Shown here one piece after another: positions 17,607 through 24,975 of a DNA stretch of 64,000 nucleotides. Numbering within the stretch: position 1 is the first letter of the stretch; each line of letters opens with the position of its first letter. The stretch covers positions 71,959 to 135,958 of the forward strand of contig CAVOYO010000004.1 in assembly GCA_963700695.1 (NCBI GenBank), in the 5' to 3' direction. The DNA comes from an uncultured Acidobacteriota bacterium (lineage in GTDB: Bacteria > Acidobacteriota > Vicinamibacteria > Fen-336). A program made the translations under genes and the position numbers. Below the pieces are notes generated by a model. The model made no database searches. It was not told the origin of the DNA and saw only the letters and a program-made list of their open reading frames with translations.

Positions 17607-19270
17607 AGACGCACCACCTGGTGTCCGCGGGCAAACGGATCCACTCGCTCCTGCAGCTCCGCGATCACCCCGGATCCGTGCTTGGCCACCAGCCCCAGAA
17701 GACCCAGCCCCCGCTCCTGGAGGGAGCCGCCGGGGAAGAGGGCGTCGCGCGTGCGGTGGAACCGAGCCGCCCGACCCTGGTCCCGCTTCTTCAGCGCCCG
17801 CATGGCCTTCTCGTGGAGCCCGTCGACCTGGTGCAGCGCCCGCCCGCGGGCGGCGGCCGCGGCCGCTCGAAGCGTCGGGTCGACGGCGGCCAGCCGCTCC
17901 TCCACCTCTGTCATCTCGCGCTCGATCGAGCTCCGCGTCTGCGCGAAAGAGGCCTCCACGTCGGGGTAGGTCTCACGCGCCCACCGGGCCACGACCGCCT
18001 CCGGGTCGTCGGTGAGGTCGGTCAGCGTGAGCCCTTCCGCCTCGAGCGCGCGCGCCGAGGCCGGGCCGACGAGGGTGACGCTCGGGCGCGGGACGAGGCC
18101 AGGCCGTGGCAGCCCGAAGTGCGCATACGAGGACCGGATCTGGGCGTGGTAGGCGATCTCCGCCGGACCCCCCACGTAGGCCGCCGTGGGCAGCATGGCG
18201 TCCTGGGCCAGGGGCCGGAGGAGGGCGTTCGGGCTCCAGAGCCCGGGCTCGGTCTCGAGCTGGCGGAGTGCCTCCTCGGTGGCCCAGCGCGTCCCGAGAC
18301 CACGGATCTCGACTCCGTCCTCGGTGAGCCCGAGCGCCCGGCGCTCGCCGCCCGCGAGCACGAAGAGGTTCAGGAAGCCTGCGCGAACCGGGACCTGCTG
18401 GTGATATCCGGCTTCGAGGAGGGCCTGACCGGCCTCGAGGGCGAGACGCGAGGTGGGGGAGGCCTCCTCCACCTCGCGCGTGAGCACCGGTGAGGCGACC
18501 GCCTTCAGCGCGGGATCCGAGGATTCGAGAACCACGAGGTCCGGCATGAGCCGCGAGAGCAGGCGAGCGAAGGCCCCGGACAGCGTCTCGCCGGGCCGGT
18601 AGCACTCCGCCACGACGCCCACCATCTCCTCGCGGCTCGGGCTCGGGGGCAGTGCCTCGCCGAGCTCCTCCACGAGGCGGCTCACGGTGTCGTCGAGGAC
18701 GATCGTGAAGGCGGGCTGGCCCACCGGCTCGTGTCGGGGCTCGTAGCGGAGGGGCCGGATCGCGCCGGAGCCGTCGAGCAGGCAAATCGAGCGCACCTCG
18801 GCGAAGTCGTGATCGTCCGCGGCCACCCAGAAGACGGGCACCGCGGGACGACCCCGCTGCTCGGCCAGCCGGCGAGCGATCTCGAGGGTGGCGAGCGCCT
18901 TGTAGAGCACGAACAGCGGTCCGCCGAAGAGACCCGCCTGCTGCCCGGTGACCACCGCCACCGTGTCCGGGTCGGCGAGCTCGCGGGCCCGCGCCGCGGC
19001 ACGCTCCGCCCCCCTCTTCTCCTGCTGGCGCACGAGCGCGGTGGCCACGACCTCGCGCGGGCGCGGGTGGACCGCCGATGCCTGCGCGGCCTCCGTGAGC
19101 GCGTCGAGGCCGAAGCCGGTCCCACCGAGGAAGGGCGCGACCCGCGGCCGACCGGCGAGGTAATCGAGAAAGAGCCGGCTCAGGGGCTGGTGAAGCGCCT
19201 CGAAGGGCACGACCTCGGCGGAGGGACCGGGCATGAGAGATGACGATGATAGCACACGAGGTGACTGCAA
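17603..19270 (-). CDS. bshC: bacillithiol biosynthesis cysteine-adding enzyme BshC
   Basis: 555-aa ORF with the BshC-type signature VVTGQQAGLFGGPLFVLYKALATLEIARRL...PVFWVAADDHDFAEV. An alternative start is at M13 (19234). Confidence 0.85.
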   Translation of the reverse strand: MQSPRVLSSSSLMPGPSAEVVPFEALHQPLSRLFLDYLAGRPRVAPFLGGTGFGLDALTEAAQASAVHPRPREVVATALVRQQEKRGAERAAARARELADPDTVAVVTGQQAGLFGGPLFVLYKALATLEIARRLAEQRGRPAVPVFWVAADDHDFAEVRSICLLDGSGAIRPLRYEPRHEPVGQPAFTIVLDDTVSRLVEELGEALPPSPSREEMVGVVAECYRPGETLSGAFARLLSRLMPDLVVLESSDPALKAVASPVLTREVEEASPTSRLALEAGQALLEAGYHQQVPVRAGFLNLFVLAGGERRALGLTEDGVEIRGLGTRWATEEALRQLETEPGLWSPNALLRPLAQDAMLPTAAYVGGPAEIAYHAQIRSSYAHFGLPRPGLVPRPSVTLVGPASARALEAEGLTLTDLTDDPEAVVARWARETYPDVEASFAQTRSSIEREMTEVEERLAAVDPTLRAAAAAARGRALHQVDGLHEKAMRALKKRDQGRAARFHRTRDALFPGGSLQERGLGLLGLVAKHGSGVIAELQERVDPFARGHQVVRL

Positions 19271-19383
19271 CCCACTAAGGGGCCGCCACTTGTGCGGTCC
19301 GCGGGTTTGACACCACGCAAAACGGGGTGCTAGATTCGGTCAGTTTGGGGGAGGCGTGTGCCGGTTCTCCCCGGACCGGAGTG

Positions 19384-20691
19384 ATGAGCGACAAGAGCCA
19401 CGTGCCCGACGACACGCCGTCCTCGATCGGGCGCTACGAGGTCACCGGCACCCTGGGCTTCGGGGCCATGGGGGCGGTCTATCAGGCCTTCGACCCCATC
19501 ATCAAACGCGCGCTCGCCATCAAGACCATCCGCCTCGACATCCCACGGCAGAGCCCGCAGCACGCGGTCTTCATCGAGCGCTTCTACCAGGAGGCGCGCA
19601 TCTCGGGGACGCTGTCCCACCCGAACATCGTCACCCTCTTCGACATCGGCGAGGAGAAAGGGGTGCCGTTTCTGGCCATGGAGTACGTGGAAGGCCAGAC
19701 GCTCTCCGATCTCATCGACCAGGGTGTCCGCTTCGGGCCCGAGAGGGTGGTGGCCCTCGTCAGCCAGGTGTCGGCCGCGCTCGATTACGCGCACTCGCGC
19801 GGCGTCGTCCACCGCGACATCAAGCCCTCCAACCTGATCGTTCAACAGGGAGACAAGGTCAAGGTCACCGACTTCGGCATCGCCAAGCTGGTGGACCAGG
19901 GGATCACCCAGACCGGGGCGCTCCTCGGAACGCCCTCCTATATGTCGCCCGAGCAGGCGATGGGGGAGCCGCTCGACGGACGGAGCGACATCTTCTCGCT
20001 CGGCGTCTGCGCGTTCGAGATGCTCTCGGGGGAGCAGCCGTTCCCGGGGAATAACGTCACGTCGATCCTCTACCGGCTGGTTCACGTCGATCCCGTCGAG
20101 CCCGCGAACCTCGAGATGAGCGGCGTCGTGCCTCACCTCTGGCGGGAGGTCTTTCACAAGGTCCTGGCCAAGAAGGCCGACGGTCGCTACCAGAAGGCGA
20201 CCGAGTTCGTGCGGGCCCTCGAGGAGTGCCTCGGTGCGGTGTCCGGGGGCTTCGGCGACGAAACCACCGCCCTGGCGACGCCCAACGAGAGCACGGTCAC
20301 GCTGGAGACGCCGCGTCCCGAGTCGCTCACGCCCCCGGCCGGAGAGGCGCCCTCCAAGCTGACACCCGAGGAGGAGACGCTCGTGCTCGAGCTCTCCCCC
20401 GACCTGGAGCAGGCGGGACCCGACGACTCCGGCACTGTCCGCGTGGCGGCCGGCGCGGCCACCGCGCCCGGCGACGACGTGACGGTAGAGGCCTCCGCTT
20501 CGGCTCCGACCGCCATCATGGACGCGGCGCCCGGGGAGCCTCCGCCGGCTCCGACCGCGATCATGGACGCGGCACCCGGGGAGAGGCCGCCGGCCCCGAC
20601 CGCGATCATGGACGCGGTGCCGGGGGCGGCGGCGACGCTGCCTCCGGAGTCGTCCCCGGCCGCAGCCCCGGGCGTCCCCCCCCGCCGGTGA
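19384..20691 (+). CDS. Ser/Thr protein kinase (Hanks type) with Pro/Ala-rich repeat tail; no TM segment of its own
   Basis: Kinase motifs: GTLGFGAMGAVYQA, AIK, HRDIKPSNLIV, DFGIAKL, GTPSYMSPEQ. The start is taken at ATG 19384 within ORF 19327..20691. Confidence 0.9.
   Translation: MSDKSHVPDDTPSSIGRYEVTGTLGFGAMGAVYQAFDPIIKRALAIKTIRLDIPRQSPQHAVFIERFYQEARISGTLSHPNIVTLFDIGEEKGVPFLAMEYVEGQTLSDLIDQGVRFGPERVVALVSQVSAALDYAHSRGVVHRDIKPSNLIVQQGDKVKVTDFGIAKLVDQGITQTGALLGTPSYMSPEQAMGEPLDGRSDIFSLGVCAFEMLSGEQPFPGNNVTSILYRLVHVDPVEPANLEMSGVVPHLWREVFHKVLAKKADGRYQKATEFVRALEECLGAVSGGFGDETTALATPNESTVTLETPRPESLTPPAGEAPSKLTPEEETLVLELSPDLEQAGPDDSGTVRVAAGAATAPGDDVTVEASASAPTAIMDAAPGEPPPAPTAIMDAAPGERPPAPTAIMDAVPGAAATLPPESSPAAAPGVPPRR
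20503..20637 (+). repeat. 3 x 45-bp in-frame tandem repeat inside the kinase tail (APTAIMDAAPGEPPP x3)
   Basis: Units start at 20503, 20548 and 20593. They were read directly and differ by a few substitutions. Confidence 0.9.
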
Positions 20692-21644
20692 GTCGTCCCC
20701 TGCCCGTGAACTGGCTCCTCGGGGGGGCGGCGGGGCTCTTCGTGGTCGCCGTGGCCCTCGTCACCTGGATGCTCTCGAGCCACGGCGGAGGGCAGGGACA
20801 GCCGGGCGACCTCGTGCCGACGACCACGCCGGTCACGGAGGCGCCGGAGCTTTCCACGACCGGGACCCTGCTCGTGGAGACTGAGCCGGCGGGGGCCCAG
20901 GTCGCCGTCGACGGCGAGCCTCGGGGCGAGACGCCGCTGGAGCTCGCCGAGCTCTCCTTCGGAGACCACGAGGTTCGCCTCGCGCTGAAAGGTCACGACG
21001 CACAGAGCCACGACATCTCGCTCTCCGCCGAGAACCCGACGGCCGAGCTGCGGGCCGAGCTGAGCCGCAGTCGGCGCGCGCCCACCAACGGCACCGTCAG
21101 CTTCGCCTCCGTGCCCCCCGGGGCCACGGTGTTCGTGGACGGAAAGAAGGTTGGGGCGACGCCGCTCGACGGAGTGCGGCTCCGGGCGGGTCAGCACGAC
21201 GTGAGCCTCACGCTCGATGGTCACGACCGGTGGACGGGCGCGGTCAGTGTGGTGGCCGGCGGCCGGGCCCGGGTGGAGAGGGAGCTGACGCCGTCCGCGC
21301 CGGAGGCGCCGCCCACACCCGAGCCGGTGGACACCGCCCGGATCTACGAGAACAAGACCGGCCAGGTGGATCGTGTGGCGCGGAGGAAGCTCGGCGCCGT
21401 GGCGGCCTATCCCAGCGATCGGGCTCCCCGTCTGAAGTCGGGAGAGAGGATCTCGGTCAGCCTCAGCTTCCTCGTGACCGAGACGGGCACGGTCGAGGAC
21501 ATCGAGGTGACGGAGTCGGCGGGGAGCCTCGTCGACGACGTCGTGACGAAGGCCGTCCGCGCCTGGAAGTACGAGCCCGCGACGATCCGCGGGACCCCGG
21601 TCAAGGTACGGGTCGCCTTCCGGCAGACCTTCCTCGGGGGATAG
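20688..21644 (+). CDS. membrane-anchored PEGA-domain protein with TonB C-terminal-like domain
   Basis: GTG 20688 overlaps the kinase stop (GTGA). TM helix: WLLGGAAGLFVVAVALVTWML. Two PEGA-like units: LLVETEPAGAQVAVDGEPRGETPLEL and VSFASVPPGATVFVDGKKVGATPL. The C-terminus (VSLSFLVTETGTVEDIEVTESAG...AVRAWKYEPATIRGTPVKVRVAFRQTF) is TonB_C-like. Confidence 0.7.
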   Translation: MSRPLPVNWLLGGAAGLFVVAVALVTWMLSSHGGGQGQPGDLVPTTTPVTEAPELSTTGTLLVETEPAGAQVAVDGEPRGETPLELAELSFGDHEVRLALKGHDAQSHDISLSAENPTAELRAELSRSRRAPTNGTVSFASVPPGATVFVDGKKVGATPLDGVRLRAGQHDVSLTLDGHDRWTGAVSVVAGGRARVERELTPSAPEAPPTPEPVDTARIYENKTGQVDRVARRKLGAVAAYPSDRAPRLKSGERISVSLSFLVTETGTVEDIEVTESAGSLVDDVVTKAVRAWKYEPATIRGTPVKVRVAFRQTFLGG

Positions 21645-22948
21645 TGGTGGCGAAGCTCATCATCAACCCCACCGCGTCGAACCGGCGAGAGATCGCGCTC
21701 TCCCGGGAGGGGATCCTCACGATCGGCCGTGACCCCTCGAACGATCTGGTCCTTCCCGACGCCATGGTCTCGCGCCGCCATGCGGTGATCGAGCAGCGGG
21801 GCACACAGTTCTTCCTGCGCGACTGCAACTCGGCCAACGGGTCGGTGGTGAACGGCGACCGGGTCAGCGAGCGAGGCCTCCGGGACGGCGACCTGGTGGC
21901 CATCGGCAGCATGCGGCTGCTCTTCCGCGAGGAGCCGGCGGAGCCGGCGGAGCCGGGGGCGAAGGTCGTGCCCCATCCCTCGGCCGCTCCCCTGCGGTGT
22001 CCCTCTTGTGGGGAGGGATACCGGCGCGGGGATCTCTTCTGTCGCGAGTGCGGTGCGCAGGTCGCCAAGCCCAGCGGTCCCCCGAAGGCCGTGTGCTCCT
22101 CCTGCGGGGCCTCAGTGCCGCTCCCCGCGCGGTTCTGCAACGCCTGTGGCGAGGGCTTGCCGTCCCACGCGCAGAGGACGGAGTCGGAGCCCCCGGCCGG
22201 GGATCAGGCGGGGGGGAGTGCCGACGGCGCGGCGAAGATGCAGCGGCCGAAAGACACCCAGCCGGTTCCACCCCCCGCGAGGGAACAAGGACCGGGAGGA
22301 AGGAGGGCGGACTCGGCCGCGCGTGCGCCGGCCTTCGTGCCCGAGCCACCTCCGCCCGGCGAGCCGGTGCCCCGGATCCCGCCGGTCGTGCAGACGCCGA
22401 CCCCGGCCCCGCCGCGCGGGCGGACGGCCGCCCCGCCCCCACCGCCGCTGCGCCGCTCCGTCCCGCCGCGGGCCTCCCCGTCCTCGCGCCGGGGGGCTCG
22501 CGTCGTCGAGCCGGCTGGCTTCGGCAGCCGCCTCGCCGCCGGGCTCGTGGACGCGGTCTTCGTGGTGTCCGGGCAGGCCGTGCTCCTGGCCCCGGTCGCC
22601 TACTACTGGTGGTCTCGCGAGGTTCCCCGGACACCGGGCGAGGTGCCCTTCCTCCCGATCATCTCCACCGTCGCTCTCCTGACCCTGGCCGCCCTCCTGG
22701 CCGCCCTGTACCACCTCTACTGCTGGGGCGTGCGCGGCAGCTCTCCGGGCAAGGAGCTGCTGGAGCTGAGGGTCGAGGCCGAGGACGGCACATGTCCGAT
22801 CGGCCTCGGCCGGGCCGCGCTCCGCCTGCTCGGCTACCTCTTGTCGGCGGCGAGCTTCGGCATCGGCTTCCTGATGATCGCGTCGAGCGGGGACGGCCTG
22901 CACGATCGAATTGCCGGGACCCGCGTCGTGCGACGGAGCTCGCGGTGA
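21644..22948 (+). CDS. FHA domain / double zinc-ribbon / RDD-domain membrane protein
   Basis: GTG 21644 overlaps the preceding TAG by 1 nt. FHA: LTIGRDPSNDLVLPDAMVSRRHAVIEQRGTQFFLRDCNSANGSVVNG. Zinc ribbons: CPSCG..CRECG and CSSCG..CNACG. The RDD-like C-terminal membrane region contains GDGLHDRIAGTRVV. Confidence 0.78.
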   Translation: MVAKLIINPTASNRREIALSREGILTIGRDPSNDLVLPDAMVSRRHAVIEQRGTQFFLRDCNSANGSVVNGDRVSERGLRDGDLVAIGSMRLLFREEPAEPAEPGAKVVPHPSAAPLRCPSCGEGYRRGDLFCRECGAQVAKPSGPPKAVCSSCGASVPLPARFCNACGEGLPSHAQRTESEPPAGDQAGGSADGAAKMQRPKDTQPVPPPAREQGPGGRRADSAARAPAFVPEPPPPGEPVPRIPPVVQTPTPAPPRGRTAAPPPPPLRRSVPPRASPSSRRGARVVEPAGFGSRLAAGLVDAVFVVSGQAVLLAPVAYYWWSREVPRTPGEVPFLPIISTVALLTLAALLAALYHLYCWGVRGSSPGKELLELRVEAEDGTCPIGLGRAALRLLGYLLSAASFGIGFLMIASSGDGLHDRIAGTRVVRRSSR

Positions 22949-23550
22949 CCCTCGAGCCGGTTGGCGGCGAGGCGGAGGCCAGCGTCGCCCAGAGCGTCGC
23001 GGTCGCCCCGTCGGTGCGCCGCCCGGCCCGCGTGCGCGTCTGGCGGGCGGTCTGGGAGCTGCTTCACGACCTCTCGGTTGCGGTTCTCTTCTGCTTCTTC
23101 CTGATCACCTTCGTGGCCCAGGCGTTTCGGGTGCAGGGAACGAGCATGGAGCCGCTGCTGAGTGACGGCGACCGCATCGTCGTGAACAAGTTCGTGTATC
23201 GGTTCCAGCCGATCGGGACGGGAGACGTCGTGGTCTTCTGGTATCCCCGCGACCCCTCGGTCTCCTTCATCAAGCGCGTGGCGGGTCGACCGGGAGACGT
23301 GGTGGAGATCCGGGCGGGTCGCGTCCTCGTCAACGGGGCCCCGACGCTCGAGCCCTACCTCAACGAGGGCTTTCGCGACGAGGACTCCCACCCCCCGATG
23401 ACGGTTCGGCAGGGTCACTACTTCGTGCTCGGCGACCACCGCCGAAGCAGCAACGACAGCCGGAGCTGGGGCGAGGTCCCCCAGAAGTACATCTACGGCC
23501 AGGCGGTCTTCCGATTCTGGCCGCTGAGACAGATGGGGCCGATTCGTTGA
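22945..23550 (+). CDS. lepB: signal peptidase I
   Basis: GTG 22945 overlaps the upstream stop (GTGA). Catalytic-region motifs: VQGTSMEPLL, FIKRVAGRPGD, VLGDHRRSSNDSRSWG. Confidence 0.88.
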   Translation: MTLEPVGGEAEASVAQSVAVAPSVRRPARVRVWRAVWELLHDLSVAVLFCFFLITFVAQAFRVQGTSMEPLLSDGDRIVVNKFVYRFQPIGTGDVVVFWYPRDPSVSFIKRVAGRPGDVVEIRAGRVLVNGAPTLEPYLNEGFRDEDSHPPMTVRQGHYFVLGDHRRSSNDSRSWGEVPQKYIYGQAVFRFWPLRQMGPIR

Positions 23551-23781
23551 GCGGAATCCCAGAGACGCGGGAAGTCATCCTGAACCGCCCCGTGCGGCGG
23601 CCGCGCCGAAGGATCTCTCCGTTGGGCCGACGGCGAGATTCTTCGGGCCACGGCCACAGCCCTGAATGACAGGAGCGTCCGTGGCGGATAGGCTGTAGGC
23701 TTCGAGATGTCCAGAGAATCGGTGCACGAGCCGACGGAGGTGCGTCCGCCTGCCCGGGGATCCGCTCGACGTGGGCGCGCC

Positions 23782-24939
23782 ATGCTGGCCCTCGAAGACG
23801 GAAGGGTCTTCGAGGGGCAGGCCTTCGGGCGAGCGGGAGAGGTGAGCGGGGAGGTGGTCTTCAACACCGCCCTGTGCGGTTACCAGGAGGTGCTCACCGA
23901 CCCGTCCTACGCCGGCCAGATCGTCACCATGACGTACCCCCACATCGGAAACTACGGGGTGAATCCCGAGGACGTCGAGTCCGCACATCCCCAGGTGGCG
24001 GGCTTCGTGGTCCGGGAGGGGGCGACGGTGGTCTCGTCGTGGCGCGCGTCGGGCATGCTCGACCAGTATCTCGACGAGCACGGCATCGTGGGAATCAGCG
24101 AGATCGACACCCGCGCCCTCACCCGCCACATCCGTACGCACGGCGCGAAGCGGGGCGTGATCTCGACCGCCGAGTTCGATCCCGAGACACTCATCGCCCG
24201 GGCCCGGGCCTCGCGGTCGATCCTTGGGCTCGACCTGGCGCGGGAGGTGACCTGCGAGCAGCCGTACGAGTTCGAGCCCCGCTCGGAGACGCCGAGCGCC
24301 GCCCCGCATCTTGTCCCCGTGCTGCGGGGCAATGGCGGAGGATCCGCCAGGAGCGACGAGGCACCGCTTCGGGTGGTCGCCTACGACTTCGGGCTGAAGC
24401 GGAACATTCTCCGCAACCTCTCCGCCGCCGGCTGCGCGGTGAGGGTGGTTCCCGCCACGACCCCCGCGGCCGAGGCCCTCGCCATGGGCCCCGACGGGAT
24501 CTTCCTCTCGAACGGCCCCGGCGACCCCGAGCCGTGCGCCTATGCCATCGAGGCCGCGAAGCAGTTCGTGGATCGTCTCCCCGTCTTCGGCATCTGCCTC
24601 GGCCACCAGATCCTCGGGCTGGCCTGTGGAGGCAGGACCTTCAAGCTCAAGTTCGGCCACCGTGGCGCGAACCACCCGGTCAAGAACCTCGAGACGGGCC
24701 AGGTCGAGATCACCTCGCAGAACCACGGGTTCTGCATCGAGCCGGACCTCTTCGAGGGCCCCGACTTCGTGCAGACCCACGTCAACCTCAACGACGGGAC
24801 GGTCGAGGGCTTTCGCATGCGCGACCGCCCTGTCCTCTCGGTGCAGTACCACCCCGAGGCCAGCCCCGGCCCCCACGACAGCCATTACCTCTTCGAGGAG
24901 TTCGTGTCGATGATGACCGCCCGGCGGGAGGCTCGATGA
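23782..24939 (+). CDS. carA: carbamoyl-phosphate synthase small (glutaminase) subunit
   Basis: [16 protein letters not shown]...[37 protein letters not shown], then the GATase motifs GICLGHQ and HPE. I prefer ATG 23782 to the listed 23707 because the 25-aa extension is not CarA-like. Confidence 0.92.
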   Translation: MLALEDGRVFEGQAFGRAGEVSGEVVFNTALCGYQEVLTDPSYAGQIVTMTYPHIGNYGVNPEDVESAHPQVAGFVVREGATVVSSWRASGMLDQYLDEHGIVGISEIDTRALTRHIRTHGAKRGVISTAEFDPETLIARARASRSILGLDLAREVTCEQPYEFEPRSETPSAAPHLVPVLRGNGGGSARSDEAPLRVVAYDFGLKRNILRNLSAAGCAVRVVPATTPAAEALAMGPDGIFLSNGPGDPEPCAYAIEAAKQFVDRLPVFGICLGHQILGLACGGRTFKLKFGHRGANHPVKNLETGQVEITSQNHGFCIEPDLFEGPDFVQTHVNLNDGTVEGFRMRDRPVLSVQYHPEASPGPHDSHYLFEEFVSMMTARREAR

Positions 24940-24975
24940 TCTGCCCGCCGGGCTCGACTCGCGGACGAAGCTGAG

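Noticed and set aside
20503-20637. Tandem 45-bp repeats, considered as a mini CRISPR array.
   Set aside because: The units are directly adjacent with no spacers. They are in frame inside a kinase gene and encode a Pro/Ala-rich peptide repeat.
23707-23781. Upstream ATG giving CarA a 25-aa N-terminal extension ([25 protein letters not shown]).
   Set aside because: The extension is Arg-rich and not CarA-like. The conserved CarA N-terminus begins at MLALEDG (23782).
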